DNA of 64,000 nucleotides, from the NCBI GenBank assembly GCA_040222015.1, contig JAVJWO010000069.1:32001-96000 (forward strand), given 5' to 3'. Each line of letters opens with the position of its first letter. Within the stretch, counting starts at the first letter, position 1. A model generated the notes under the pieces. The model did no database searches, was not told the DNA's origin, and saw only the letters and a program-made list of their open reading frames with translations. The DNA comes from Coleofasciculus chthonoplastes F2-STO-03 (GTDB lineage: Bacteria; Cyanobacteriota; Cyanobacteriia; Cyanobacteriales; Coleofasciculaceae). Positions 20,108-32,582 of this stretch are shown here, piece after piece. The translations under genes and the position numbers were made by a program.

Positions 20108-20253
20108 TAGCGACGTGCCATGGCACGTCTGGAAGCGGAAGGTAGAGGCACTCTTTAGAGGAAGGTTGTACAATTGGAGGCAGCAACTTGGCACAAATGG
20201 TGAGTTGCGATCGCGCTTGTCAGCCCCTGCAAAAACTACCCGTTTCCAAGACC

Positions 20254-21456
20254 ATGAGTTTATCATTAAAGCAGCTAACCGTTTATCTGACCTTGCTAGG
20301 CTTAGGCGGTGGTGCAGGGGTTTTAGGTAGTCGCTACCTTATGGCTGAACCCCAAGGAGTCAATCCCCCAGAAGCAGTGCCGGCGGTATTGGAACCCTTA
20401 TCCCCAACTCGGCGCTCCAATCGTCCCGCTCCCGCCAATCTTAATTTTATTGCCCAAGCGGTAGAGAAAGTTGGACCGGCGGTGGTGAGGATTGATGCGG
20501 CACGTCAGATCAGCCAAGATGTTCCCGAACCGTTTAGAAATCCCTTCTTCCGCCGCTTTTTTGGCAATGAGATGCCAGTTCCTGAACCTCGCGTGGAACG
20601 GGGAACCGGATCGGGTTTTATTCTGGAGTCAGATGGGCGGATTATTACCAATGCTCATGTGATCGACGGGGCAGATACCGTCAAGGTTACACTGAAAGAT
20701 GGACGGACGTTAGAGGGTCGGGTATTAGGGGCAGACCCAGTAACCGATGTGGCGATCATTAAAATTGAGGCAGAAAATTTGCCCACCGTGCGCTTGGGTA
20801 AAGCCGATGAGTTGATTCCTGGGGAGTGGGCGATCGCGATCGGGAATCCTCTGGGTTTAGATAATACAGTAACCGTTGGCATCATTAGCGCTTTGGGGCG
20901 ATCGAGTTCTCAGGTTGGTGTTCCGGAAAAACGAGTTAGCTTTATCCAAACCGATGCGGCGATTAATCCGGGAAATTCCGGCGGACCCTTATTAAACGCC
21001 AATGGTGAAGTCATTGGGATTAATACGGCGATTCGCGCCAACGCTCAAGGATTAGGCTTTGCTATCCCCATTGAAACCGCTCAACGCATTGCTGAACAGC
21101 TTTTTGAAAAAGGTCGGGTTGACCATCCTTATCTGGGAATTCAGATGGTAACATTAACCCCAGAGTTACGCAAAGAAATTAATCAGGAGCGAGATGTGGG
21201 TTTAAAAGTGACTCAAGACCAAGGTGTCTTAATCGTCCGCGTCGTTCCTAATTCCCCAGCTCAACAAGCAGGTCTTGAACCGGGTGATATTATTCAAAAA
21301 GTTGGCGGAAAAGCGATTAAAACTGCCTCGGATGTACAAGAAGAAGTAGAAGCGAGTGCAGTTGGAGCGAATCTTGATATTGAAGTGAATCGTCAGGGGA
21401 AAACGAAAACGATTCTCGTGAAACCGGGAGCGTTTCCGGTCAATCAATTAGATTGA
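20254..21456 (+). CDS. HtrA/Deg family serine protease with PDZ domain
   Basis: [29 protein letters not shown]-terminal PDZ. Confidence 0.95.
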   Translation: MSLSLKQLTVYLTLLGLGGGAGVLGSRYLMAEPQGVNPPEAVPAVLEPLSPTRRSNRPAPANLNFIAQAVEKVGPAVVRIDAARQISQDVPEPFRNPFFRRFFGNEMPVPEPRVERGTGSGFILESDGRIITNAHVIDGADTVKVTLKDGRTLEGRVLGADPVTDVAIIKIEAENLPTVRLGKADELIPGEWAIAIGNPLGLDNTVTVGIISALGRSSSQVGVPEKRVSFIQTDAAINPGNSGGPLLNANGEVIGINTAIRANAQGLGFAIPIETAQRIAEQLFEKGRVDHPYLGIQMVTLTPELRKEINQERDVGLKVTQDQGVLIVRVVPNSPAQQAGLEPGDIIQKVGGKAIKTASDVQEEVEASAVGANLDIEVNRQGKTKTILVKPGAFPVNQLD

Positions 21457-22011
21457 CTCCGACAAGAGTTGCACCACAAACTCAGCCGCCGTCAGATAAC
21501 GTCGCCATTCTCCCCCATTCTTAACTGGTTGCACCCACCACCCTTGACAGCTATCCGGCTTTTCCCATAACGTTAGATGTTCCACTGGGGGGTCAGCATA
21601 AAAACGACTGTCACCACTTCCCAATAAGGCGGAACTCCAGTGGGTAAAAAAATCATGACTCAGCCGATGAATGGGAAACGTTCCATATAAGGGTACACCC
21701 CACCCATCCAACGCCACCAGCGCTTTCACCGTTCCCCCCATCATCTGCCATCCCCATGCTGCACCAATCGCACCGACTACTCCAGCGCTAAAACTGATAA
21801 AAGTAAGGGAGGTGTTCACGGGGATGATCTGACGCCGCAAATAGTTCAAAATATGAATCGCTGAATAAGCAGGATACTCGTGGCTGGGAAAAATTAACAT
21901 TTGCTGAACAGGCCCTACATTGCCAGAGTCACAGCGTTGTAACCCAGCTAAAAACTCTTGTGTCAACTGTGAATTGTGAATACCAGGACAAATGATAACT
22001 GCTTTCTGCAT
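21448..22011 (-). CDS. Conserved hypothetical protein, possibly alpha/beta-hydrolase-like
   Basis: ICPGIH, FSAGVVGA, DGWGVP, SHDFFTHW. Confidence 0.7.
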   Translation of the reverse strand: MQKAVIICPGIHNSQLTQEFLAGLQRCDSGNVGPVQQMLIFPSHEYPAYSAIHILNYLRRQIIPVNTSLTFISFSAGVVGAIGAAWGWQMMGGTVKALVALDGWGVPLYGTFPIHRLSHDFFTHWSSALLGSGDSRFYADPPVEHLTLWEKPDSCQGWWVQPVKNGGEWRRYLTAAEFVVQLLSESI

Positions 22012-22498
22012 GATAGTGACGTAGTTTTATTTCTGCCTTCTTGCACTAGACCTAGGCGGCAGAAGTTTTCCACCAGTTGGTATGTGGGTATATCAGCACT
22101 CGGAGCACCGTTTTTAGCTGCTCAAGTATTTCTGCCGCGCTGCACTAGCGTAAAATATTATGATTGGAAATCAAGGTGCTAAATCACGTCTTTTTAGCAT
22201 ACAGCTTTAATGCTGAACCACCGTCCTCCACAAATCCTCCTCATACAAGGTGGCTGCAAATACTAATCTATTAGGATTTCCGTTGGTTTCTGATCCCCAT
22301 GGGTTTCTGCTTAACGATTAGAGGCGATCCATCAATTATTTTGTTTAGATAGTAAAATAGAAGATAATAATAAAAACCTCTAATCTTAGAGCTTTAACAT
22401 AACTTTACATTAGTGTATTATTTCTGTGAAGACAAGCCATAGAGCTTGAAATCAACCAGACGACTGTGCAACTATTTTCCTTGAAGGAGGAAAAAACA

Positions 22499-23545
22499 AT
22501 GGGGCTTCTACCAATCAAGACGACAATGACCACTATTGCAACAACAGCTCTTCTGAGCTTCGGGGGACTGCCAGCGATGGCATTTACAATTATGCCCGGT
22601 GGCAATGCTCAAGATTTACTTGATGTGTTGTTAGGGGATACGACTGGACTGAGTAATTTCGGTTTGACGGTTTACGATGATCTGGGAAACGTCAACAATG
22701 AAGCCTTTGGTCTTTTCAGCGACGATCCCTTTGGTCTGGGTGAGGGCATCGTTTTAAGTACTGGTAAAGTTGACCAACTACCCGGACTCAATACGAAAGA
22801 TGGAGGGATAGTTCCTAACTTTAAAGATCCTCAGGCGGACTTAAGCACGGATTTTTATCCCCAAGGACCTTTTAATGAGACAGGCTTTGCCGGATTTGAA
22901 GGAGACTCCATTACACTCGAATTGAGCTTTGATGCTGATAGCACAGTAGATAAGGTATTTTTTGAATACGTCTTTGGCTCGGAAGAATTTGTCGAATTTG
23001 GGGGGACGGAGTACAACGACTCGTTTAAGATGTTTCTGAATGGAGAGTCATTGGCGCGGTTAAGCGATGGTCAACCTGTTACGATCAACAATTTAGTTCC
23101 TGATCCCAACGACCCGACCTCATATCATCCTGACTTTATGTATAATCCTGTAGGGTCTGGTGTGAATACGAAGCTGGATGGGTATACCAAAAATTTGACC
23201 TTTGAGGGTCAGCTGATTAAAAATGACAGAAATACGATAAGGGTTAATGTTGCTGATTGGGGTGATGGTATATTAGACGCTGCTGTACTAATCAAGGGCA
23301 AGTCTCTCGGAACAAAACCACCACAACTAAATCCTCAACCTGAACCGAATGACGATCCCTCTGATGAACCCCAATTCCCCTCAGACGGCCCGGGAACTGA
23401 TCCGGGAACTTTATTTCCCCCAGATGACCCAGAACCCCAGAGTGTGCCAGAACCATCCGGATTACTCGGATTGCTGGGAGTGGCAACCTTAGGGGTTCGG
23501 ACAATGCTTAGACGCAAACAACAAGTTCACTTACAAAAACACTGA
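22499..23545 (+). CDS. Secreted choice-of-anchor L domain protein with PEP-CTERM sorting signal
   Basis: SD AAGGAGG, signal peptide, GIVLSTG, YVFGSEEF.EF, ADWGDGILD, P/D-rich linker, VPEP + TM + RRK. Confidence 0.85.
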   Translation: MGLLPIKTTMTTIATTALLSFGGLPAMAFTIMPGGNAQDLLDVLLGDTTGLSNFGLTVYDDLGNVNNEAFGLFSDDPFGLGEGIVLSTGKVDQLPGLNTKDGGIVPNFKDPQADLSTDFYPQGPFNETGFAGFEGDSITLELSFDADSTVDKVFFEYVFGSEEFVEFGGTEYNDSFKMFLNGESLARLSDGQPVTINNLVPDPNDPTSYHPDFMYNPVGSGVNTKLDGYTKNLTFEGQLIKNDRNTIRVNVADWGDGILDAAVLIKGKSLGTKPPQLNPQPEPNDDPSDEPQFPSDGPGTDPGTLFPPDDPEPQSVPEPSGLLGLLGVATLGVRTMLRRKQQVHLQKH

Positions 23546-23668
23546 ATGTGATTAGCTAATTCCTCACGGGCTACTAGGTTTGCGATACCCATAAGTGGTA
23601 ATCTAGAGAGCGGTATTGTTAAGCTCTTAAGCTGTGACAACTCCACACACTGACTCGATGGAGTATAG

Positions 23669-25210
<1,542 letters not shown>

Positions 25211-25325
25211 TCCCTTACGAGTTTTGAGTCATTAGTCATGAGGCTGTTCTAAGCTGATGACTAATGACCCATGAGGTAGCTTGATTAGCGCTTCTTTGAG
25301 TATGACAAAAGACTAATAACACATT

Positions 25326-25736
25326 ATGAGCTTAACTGTTCGAGTTGTTTCTCCCGACAAAATTGTCTGGGATTCTGAGGCTGAAGAAGTAATTTTGCCC
25401 AGCACGACGGGTCAACTGGGTATATTGAAAGGTCACGCCCCCCTGTTGTCAGCACTGGATATTGGTGTGATGCGAGTTCGTCCGGGTAAAGACTGGATAC
25501 CCATTGCCCTGATGGGCGGATTTGCCGAAGTTGAAAATGATGAAGTAACCATTCTGGTTAATGGGGCAGAACAGGGAGAGACGATTGATAAGGAAGCCGC
25601 ACGAGAAGCTTTCTCTCAAGCCCAAGAACGTCTCAACCAAGTCCAAACCAGTGAGAATCGGCAAGAAAAAATTCAAGCCACGCAAGCTTTAAAGAGAGCA
25701 AGGGCACGCTTTCAAGCGGCGGGTGGTATGGTTTGA
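25326..25736 (+). CDS. atpC: F1 ATP synthase epsilon subunit (called atpE in cyanobacteria)
   Basis: [30 protein letters not shown]; follows beta. Confidence 0.98.
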   Translation: MSLTVRVVSPDKIVWDSEAEEVILPSTTGQLGILKGHAPLLSALDIGVMRVRPGKDWIPIALMGGFAEVENDEVTILVNGAEQGETIDKEAAREAFSQAQERLNQVQTSENRQEKIQATQALKRARARFQAAGGMV

Positions 25737-25892
25737 TGTTATGTAGAGACGTAGCATGCTGCGTCTCTACTAGTCGGGTAATCGAAATCGATGCCGGAAT
25801 TTCTCAAAAACTGTAACACAAACGACAAAATTATCCCGGTTGTAGAGACGTTCCGCCGGAACGTCTCTACGAACTATGACTGAACCGACACT

Positions 25893-26192
25893 CTAGGCGC
25901 TACCTGTAAAGGTGACTTCTGGAAATTTTGTCTGAGCTTCATTCATGGGACGATTTTTCCCTTCTTCTTGCCAGTAGTTAATCACTTCAGTGGCTTGGTT
26001 GAGCAACTCAACGCGATCCATTTCGTTAATCCAATGTTTGGCTTCCAGCTCGTTTTTGATTTGTTCCCAAGCATCGTTTCGGGGCCAGAAAAAGTAGGAT
26101 GTCAGCGGGCTAGTTCCTTTACCCACGACTTGATCGACGGCGAGTGCCACATTCTCTTCTAACCAGAGAACTTTTAAGATAAATTTAGACAA
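25893..26192 (-). CDS. ycf65: 30S ribosomal protein PSRP-3 / Ycf65
   Basis: TTG start after a [27 protein letters not shown]...[15 protein letters not shown]. Confidence 0.93.
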   Translation of the reverse strand: MSKFILKVLWLEENVALAVDQVVGKGTSPLTSYFFWPRNDAWEQIKNELEAKHWINEMDRVELLNQATEVINYWQEEGKNRPMNEAQTKFPEVTFTGSA

Positions 26193-26324
26193 ACAGACCT
26201 CCAACAATAGATCGGGTATCTTATACTTAATGTACAATCAATCATTCTACAGGATAGCGTTGGTGAAAGCCCTCGTGATTTATCCGGGGGATAAAACTGC
26301 ACGGCTTAAGCAACTGAGTTAGTC

Positions 26325-27155
26325 GTGGGAGTATTTACATTGACAAATTTAAAATCAAGAACAAAATCAGGGTCTAGACTAGCGATTGTCGTTTTCGATA
26401 TTGATGGTGTCATCCGGGATGTGAGTGGATCTTACCGGAGAGCGATCGCGGATACAGTCGAGCATTTTACCGCTGGCGTGTATCGCCCGTCTTCTGTTGA
26501 GATTGACCACCTCAAATCCGAAGGCTTATGGAACAACGATTGGCAAGCCTCACGAGAGCTCATCTATCGCCACTTTGAGCAGCAAGGTCAGGCGCGATCG
26601 CAGGTTGCCCTAGATTATGATAACCTAATTACCTTTTTTAATGCTCGCTACCGAGGCGCTGATCCAAATCATTGGACAGGATACATCTGTGATGAACCAT
26701 TACTCCTCAACCCCAACTATCTCGAATATCTCACCTCAGCCGATATTTTATGGGGCTTTTTTAGTGGGGCGACGCGAAATGAAGCACTTTATGCTCTTTC
26801 AACACGTCTCGGTTTGCCAGCCCCCGTACTCGTGGCGATGGAAGATGCCCCCGGTAAACCTGATCCAACAGGATTATTGGCAGTAATTAACCAGCTTCAG
26901 CAACAGCACCAAATTGAGCAACCATTGCCTACTATCTATGTGGGAGATACTGTGGCAGATATGTACACAGTTAAAGCAGCCAAAACCCTTCATCCAGACA
27001 GAACCTGGGTTGGTGTTGGTGTTCTCCCGCCCCATGTTCAGGAAACAGCAGAACGCCGTGAGGCTTATCAACAAACCTTAAAAAAAGCAGGGGCGGCTCA
27101 AGTTTTTAGCAATGTTGAGCAGATCACCCCAGAACAAATTCAGAAATTAGTGTAA
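26325..27155 (+). CDS. HAD-superfamily hydrolase (TIGR01548-like)
   Basis: FDIDGVIRD, WNNDW, MEDAPGKPDP, YVGDTVAD; exact start uncertain. Confidence 0.88.
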   Translation: MGVFTLTNLKSRTKSGSRLAIVVFDIDGVIRDVSGSYRRAIADTVEHFTAGVYRPSSVEIDHLKSEGLWNNDWQASRELIYRHFEQQGQARSQVALDYDNLITFFNARYRGADPNHWTGYICDEPLLLNPNYLEYLTSADILWGFFSGATRNEALYALSTRLGLPAPVLVAMEDAPGKPDPTGLLAVINQLQQQHQIEQPLPTIYVGDTVADMYTVKAAKTLHPDRTWVGVGVLPPHVQETAERREAYQQTLKKAGAAQVFSNVEQITPEQIQKLV

Positions 27156-27159
27156 GCTA

Positions 27160-27260
27160 AGCTGTTCGGCATTTAAACCTGAATGTCAATAATGACGAAA
27201 TCACGTTCAATGTGAGCCATAAAGCTCGCTACTAATACCCAATTTAAATGCATGACAGCT
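27160..27260. mobile_element. ~100-bp MITE (AGCTGTT...GACAGCT), copy 1
   Basis: TIRs AGCTGTTCGGCATTTAAA / TTTAAATGCATGACAGCT; homologous to 48297-48395 and 52037-52132. Confidence 0.8.
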
Positions 27261-27430
27261 TTCAACTAGAGTTCAAGTTGCTTGTCATCCCATCAGGAGA
27301 TTTTTCCCACACCCTCCACCCTCGACCCAATCTCCTGACACCAAGGAAAACCGTAAGCTATATTAGTATTGCTATATTAGTATTAGCAATTTAGACGCCA
27401 AAAATAGCATGGTGTATCCACATAAAAGCA

Positions 27431-27586
27431 ATGAATTTAGACTATGATACTGCTGTGATCATGCTAGCCATAACGTTTCCTTTAGTGATGACTTGGTTGC
27501 TAGTTAGTGGTGAATTAGAACTTTGGGCTTATTTAGGTATATATGGTATCTGTTTGTGGGGACTAGGAGCTTTAAAAAAAGAATAG
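27431..27586 (+). CDS. Putative 51-aa small membrane protein
   Basis: MNLDYDTAVIMLAITFPLVMTWLLVSGELELWAYLGIYGICLWGLGALKKE: two hydrophobic segments and a charged tail. Confidence 0.5.
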   Translation: MNLDYDTAVIMLAITFPLVMTWLLVSGELELWAYLGIYGICLWGLGALKKE

Positions 27587-27896
27587 TGATAACGGGGTCA
27601 TTTTTCAGCGTTAGTCTGACAAAAAAGGAGTGATAAGTAGTCGGACAAAAGAAAACCGCACTGTATTAAGTTTTGCAGATAGCTCTCAAAACCTTTCTCA
27701 GTCTACTTTCGCCTCAGCCTTACCTATCAAATCAAAAGCATGACAGCTTGCTGTAGGGCGTAAATTCATCATCCATTTAAAAACGCTGAAATCCTCATAA
27801 AAAGGGACGTTTACCCCCCGAAACCGTACCAGACTCAATTAGAGCAGAGTAAAATATTAACTAGAGTTAATTGTTCCAAAAGGGCTAAACAAAACT

Positions 27897-29090
27897 ATGG
27901 ACTTTCGCCTCAAGACACTCTTACCTGACTACGAAAAAGCCTTCCTGACCTGTAACTTACAAAAAGAAAAAGAATCCGAAGTTCAGCAAATTGTTGAGCG
28001 AATGAAGGATCTGCGACAACACTATGAAACCGTTGAACAAGCGACAGGCATTCCGTGGTGGTTTGCAGCGGTTCTTCACTACAGTGAGTGGAACCTCCGC
28101 GAACCTGACTTATTTGTGAAAAAAGTGACAGAAATTTTATTGGCTAAGGAGTTCCACAAAGCCCGAACTCGCAGTCTCGGTGCCTATCTGTGGGGGTTTG
28201 ACTTGTGGAATGGATTCAGACATGGAGTTGGAGATCAATCGGAGTGGGTTTGGGGTGGTACCACTGTTCTGAAGCATCCATCTAACAGCATTGGCGCAGC
28301 GGCGATTGTTTACTATCTCCAGTCCCAGAAAATCATTGATATCCCTAAACCGGGAACAGGCATTAAAATCAAGGTCTTATCTGATACAGTATTTAAAGCG
28401 CGACCGGATCAATCATTTCGGCTGAAGCCGGAAGAGAAAATCACGGTAAAAGGGGGTACTCGCCTGGAAATTATCGAGGATGAACCCTCTGAGGGAGGAC
28501 ACGTCAAAGTCCTGTTACCGGATGGGGTTTTGTTAGGGCAAAATAATCAGAGTGATTGGTACGTTTTCAAAGAACATATTGAAATTCAGGGAACGGAATC
28601 GAATAATCGCCCCAGCGATAAAGCAGAAGAACCCGAAACTAAAATTGCTTCACCCAATAAAGGACGTCCCATCACCGTACCCAAATTAGGAACAGTCTAT
28701 CTGGGAAATCCCATTCTCGAAGGTGGACATTTTAGTTGGGCGGAAGCGACAATGAATGGTTCAAGGATTCCCGTTAATAATGAGGTGGTTGAGGGGATTT
28801 TGAGAGTGGCTCATGTGATGGAAGAAGTGAGAGAATATTTAGACGCTCGTCCGATTACCATAAATTCTTGGTATCGTGACCCAGTAACTAATCGTAAAGT
28901 CGGAGGGGCAACAAAATCCAGGCATTTAGTTGGTGATGCTGTGGATTTTGTGGTTCAAGGAATCTCCCCACCCCAAGTTAATCAGCGCCTAGAATCCTGG
29001 TGGGGAAGTCGGGGTGGATTAGCCAGTGCTAGCTGTTTTACCCATATTGATGTGAGAGGGTATCGCGCTCGGTGGAGCTACGGATTTTGA
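27897..29090 (+). CDS. Peptidoglycan hydrolase with C-terminal peptidase M15A (D-Ala-D-Ala carboxypeptidase-type) domain
   Basis: INSWYRDP..NRKVGGA..SRHL.GDAVD...HID.RG; N-terminal lysozyme-like GIPWWF..LH..E. Confidence 0.82.
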   Translation: MDFRLKTLLPDYEKAFLTCNLQKEKESEVQQIVERMKDLRQHYETVEQATGIPWWFAAVLHYSEWNLREPDLFVKKVTEILLAKEFHKARTRSLGAYLWGFDLWNGFRHGVGDQSEWVWGGTTVLKHPSNSIGAAAIVYYLQSQKIIDIPKPGTGIKIKVLSDTVFKARPDQSFRLKPEEKITVKGGTRLEIIEDEPSEGGHVKVLLPDGVLLGQNNQSDWYVFKEHIEIQGTESNNRPSDKAEEPETKIASPNKGRPITVPKLGTVYLGNPILEGGHFSWAEATMNGSRIPVNNEVVEGILRVAHVMEEVREYLDARPITINSWYRDPVTNRKVGGATKSRHLVGDAVDFVVQGISPPQVNQRLESWWGSRGGLASASCFTHIDVRGYRARWSYGF

Positions 29091-29139
29091 GCTAATGCGT
29101 GTCTTGGTAGGTTTTTGAGCCTCTTCAACAATTTCATAG

Positions 29140-29727
29140 CTACACCCTACACCCTGACTCCAGAATCTGACGGATTTGTGCCGTTTGCTGGCTATAGTTG
29201 GCATCATTAACAACGGGTACAGCACCTTCTAGAGAAATGGGTTCAGCTACATTAATCCAAGAACGACAGCCGCCGTATTCAGAACGATAGGGTAGACGTT
29301 GAACCGAGGGGAGCTTGTAGATTCGTAGTAGGAGGACATATAACGATTGACGTGGCTTCCATTTAAAACGCCCACTGGCAAATTGTTCGTTCCAGATGTG
29401 GTAGGGTAGCAGGGCGTCTACTGCGGCTTGAGTGCTGATTTGAAAGATATCAGTAATGGTTGCCCAACTGCCAATCTGTACCGTTTGTGGATGCCAACCT
29501 GAGGCAACAGGTGTTACCTGAGAGGCATAATCGGGTTTGAGTAAATGAGGCTGTTGATGTTCGTAGGTAGGATAAAGTAAAACCGGATTGTAAGTGACGT
29601 GGAAGCGATTGTTTTCTTCCCGAATGCCGCCTTTACGCAGTAGCATAATCGTCTTACCCTGTTCTAAGGTATCAACGGCAACCGCCCATTCTTTGAGTGC
29701 GTTTGTGGTTGTCAATGGCATTGTCAA
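29140..29727 (-). CDS. DUF1802 family protein
   Basis: ALKEWA, LLRKGGIRE, LYPTYEHQ, YGGCRSW. Confidence 0.88.
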   Translation of the reverse strand: MTMPLTTTNALKEWAVAVDTLEQGKTIMLLRKGGIREENNRFHVTYNPVLLYPTYEHQQPHLLKPDYASQVTPVASGWHPQTVQIGSWATITDIFQISTQAAVDALLPYHIWNEQFASGRFKWKPRQSLYVLLLRIYKLPSVQRLPYRSEYGGCRSWINVAEPISLEGAVPVVNDANYSQQTAQIRQILESGCRV

Positions 29728-29782
29728 GGATTAAAACTAATTTTTTAAATAGATTGTCTTATCTTGATTCATAATTTAGATC

Positions 29783-30676
29783 ATGTCCAGCCAGATTGTT
29801 CGTAAAGCCGTAATTCCCGCCGCCGGATTTGGTACTCGCCTGTTTCCAGCCACAAAGGTGGTGAAAAAAGAACTATTTCCAATTATCGATCGCGATGGGC
29901 GGACGAAGCCAGTGATTTTGGCGATTGTGGAGGAAGCAAGGCGTGGCGGTATCGAAGAAATTGGGATTGTGGTGCAACCGAGCGATCGCGCAATTTTTGA
30001 GGCGTTCTTTAAAACTCCCCCGAAACAGGCACTCTGGGACAAACTCTCTGGTTCAAATCAGGACTATTGTCAGTATCTGCAAGAGTTAGGAGAGCGGATT
30101 ACTATTTTAACCCAGGATGAGCAAGAAGGCTATGGTCATGCGGTGTTCTGTGCCAAAGATTGGGTGAATCAAGAGCCTTTTTTGCTGTTACTTGGCGATC
30201 ATGTTTATACTTCAGATACCGAAATTCCTTGTACTCGTCAGGTGCTAGAAATTTATGAAAAAACGGGTCAAAGTGTGATTGGTTTGACAGAAATGTCTGC
30301 CGATATTATCCATAAAGCCGGTTGTGTGACTGGGGTTTGGCAGGAGATGAATTCTATTTTAACGGTGACACAAGTCTGTGAAAAACCGGATCTGGACTAT
30401 GCGCGATCGCACTTACGTGTGGAGGGGATGGCGGAGGATAAGTTTTTAGGGATTTTTGGCATATATGTCCTCAAGCCGAAAATCTTTGATATTCTGGCTG
30501 ACAGTATTAATCAGAATCAACGATATAAGGGTGAATTTCAGTTAACCACAAGTCTTGATACATTACGTCAAGAAGAGGGATTGTTCGGATATTGGGTCAA
30601 AGGGCAGTATTTTGATACCGGAATGCCAGAGTTTTATCGACAAACCCTGATCCATTTTGCTCAAGATTATCGCTGA
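29783..30676 (+). CDS. galU: UTP-glucose-1-phosphate uridylyltransferase-like nucleotidyltransferase
   Basis: KAVIPAAGFGTRLFPATK..KE, GYGHAV, LGD, EKP, GEFQLT. Confidence 0.85.
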   Translation: MSSQIVRKAVIPAAGFGTRLFPATKVVKKELFPIIDRDGRTKPVILAIVEEARRGGIEEIGIVVQPSDRAIFEAFFKTPPKQALWDKLSGSNQDYCQYLQELGERITILTQDEQEGYGHAVFCAKDWVNQEPFLLLLGDHVYTSDTEIPCTRQVLEIYEKTGQSVIGLTEMSADIIHKAGCVTGVWQEMNSILTVTQVCEKPDLDYARSHLRVEGMAEDKFLGIFGIYVLKPKIFDILADSINQNQRYKGEFQLTTSLDTLRQEEGLFGYWVKGQYFDTGMPEFYRQTLIHFAQDYR

Positions 30677-30757
30677 TACATTTCATGGTTCGTAGTCAGG
30701 GCTTTAGCCCTTCATTCGGTTAGCTTTCCTTGTTTGAGCCTTTAATTTTAATCCCTG

Positions 30758-32089
30758 ATGGAATTAGATTTTTTGAGATTCTTTGACGCCTGTGATCCGA
30801 GTAAAACCCTCGCGATCGCGAATCCTGAAGATCGTCAGTATTATATTGATTTTGCCTCAGTTCGGGGTGGTAAGATTATTGAGGCATTGGCACGAACGAT
30901 TAGTTTACGTTCGCGTCTTAATCAACCGACTTGTCAGTTGTTTACGGGACATATTGGCTGTGGTAAATCTACGGAGTTACGCCGCTTACAAGCCGACTTA
31001 GAGGCACAAGGCTTTCATATTGTCTATTTTGAGTCTACTCAAGACTTGGATATGGCAGATGTGGATATTAGTGATATTTTATTGGCAATTATCCGTCAGG
31101 TGACGGAAAGTTTGGCAGACGTAGGAATTCAGCTTAGACCGAGGTATTTTGCCGATCGCTGGCAAGAAATGGTTGATTTTTTGCAGACACCACTGGAATT
31201 ATCTGCCGAAGGGAATTTGCCCCTACCAATGAAATTGGGCAAAATTACCGCTAAAACGAAAGCAAGTCCGAGTTTACGAAGTCGTTTACGTCAGTATCTA
31301 GAACCGCGCACCAGTGGAATTTTAGAGTCGTTAAACGAAGAAATTTTGGCACGGGCAAATCAAGAGTTGCAACGCCAAGGGAAGAAAGGATTAGTGGTAA
31401 TTGTTGATAATTTGGATCGGGTGGAAGATCGACGTAATGAGGGTGGACGCACGCAACCGGAATACTTATTTGTGGATCGTGGTGAACAGTTACGTCGGCT
31501 GAATTGTCATCTTGTCTATACTATTCCTTTAACGTTGATGTTCTCCAATGATTATCAGGCTTTAACGAATCGATTTGGCGGTGGGGTAGCGCCGAGAGTC
31601 TTACCCATGGTATCAGTGCGATCGCGCGATGGTAAGGATAATCTAGCCGGGATGGCTTTATTTCGGCAATTGGTATTAGCTAGGGCGTTTCCAGAGATAG
31701 AACCTGAAGCGCGACTCGATTTAGTCACACAGGTATTTGATAGTCCAGAAACCTTAGATCGATTATGTCGAATGAGTGGCGGTCATGTGCGAAACTTATT
31801 GGGGATAATTTATACCTGTCTCCAAGAAGAAGATACACCCTTATCACGAAATACAATAGAACGGGCGATTCGTAACTATCGGGATCGTTTAGTCTCGGCA
31901 ATTACTGATAATGAATGGGAATTACTAGCAGACGTGGTGAAACAACAAAATGTGAGTGGGGAGGAAGGACATGATACGCTTTTACGGAGTTTGTTTGTGT
32001 TTGAATATCAAGATGAACAAGGGCGATGGTTTGCGGTGAATCCAGTTTTAAGGGAAACGGAAAAGTTTCAGCGTTTTTGTTGTAAGTAG
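30758..32089 (+). CDS. P-loop NTPase (AAA/KAP-like), partner of the downstream STAND-WD40 gene
   Basis: Walker A GHIGCGKST, Walker B VIVDNLDR, SGGHVR, W..VNP C-terminus. Confidence 0.85.
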   Translation: MELDFLRFFDACDPSKTLAIANPEDRQYYIDFASVRGGKIIEALARTISLRSRLNQPTCQLFTGHIGCGKSTELRRLQADLEAQGFHIVYFESTQDLDMADVDISDILLAIIRQVTESLADVGIQLRPRYFADRWQEMVDFLQTPLELSAEGNLPLPMKLGKITAKTKASPSLRSRLRQYLEPRTSGILESLNEEILARANQELQRQGKKGLVVIVDNLDRVEDRRNEGGRTQPEYLFVDRGEQLRRLNCHLVYTIPLTLMFSNDYQALTNRFGGGVAPRVLPMVSVRSRDGKDNLAGMALFRQLVLARAFPEIEPEARLDLVTQVFDSPETLDRLCRMSGGHVRNLLGIIYTCLQEEDTPLSRNTIERAIRNYRDRLVSAITDNEWELLADVVKQQNVSGEEGHDTLLRSLFVFEYQDEQGRWFAVNPVLRETEKFQRFCCK

Positions 32090-32582
32090 TCGGACAAAAG
32101 AAAACAGTACGCCCATGCTTGTTTTGCCCAAAAGACTCAAACTTTTACAAAGGACAAATGACGAATGACGTAGCTTGCTTCTCGCGAAGCGAGTCCACCT
32201 AATTATTGAATAAAGGGCGACCCGACCTAATTGAGTGGAGTGGTCTGTTAATTGATGCAGGCGGGTCGCCCCTACATCCACCTGACTTTTCACGGTATCT
32301 GGTGCAACGTGAGTGTGAATTGTGTAGGGGCGGGTTTCACGACTATCTTTTCGGTTGCACCCAGATGTAACTAAACCCGCCCCGACGCGCCATGGCGCGT
32401 CTCTACAATAGTTTGTAGACTTCCCGTGAAAAGTCAGCTACATCCACAGGTGCGATTAGGTCGTCTGCCCTATTCAATTCATAATTTGTTAAATTTGTCA
32501 ATATATTTTTGATAGGAATTTTTCGCCTCTGGGGTGACACAGTATCAGGTGTCAACTGTGTGAGAGAAAGCCTAAGGAGTGT

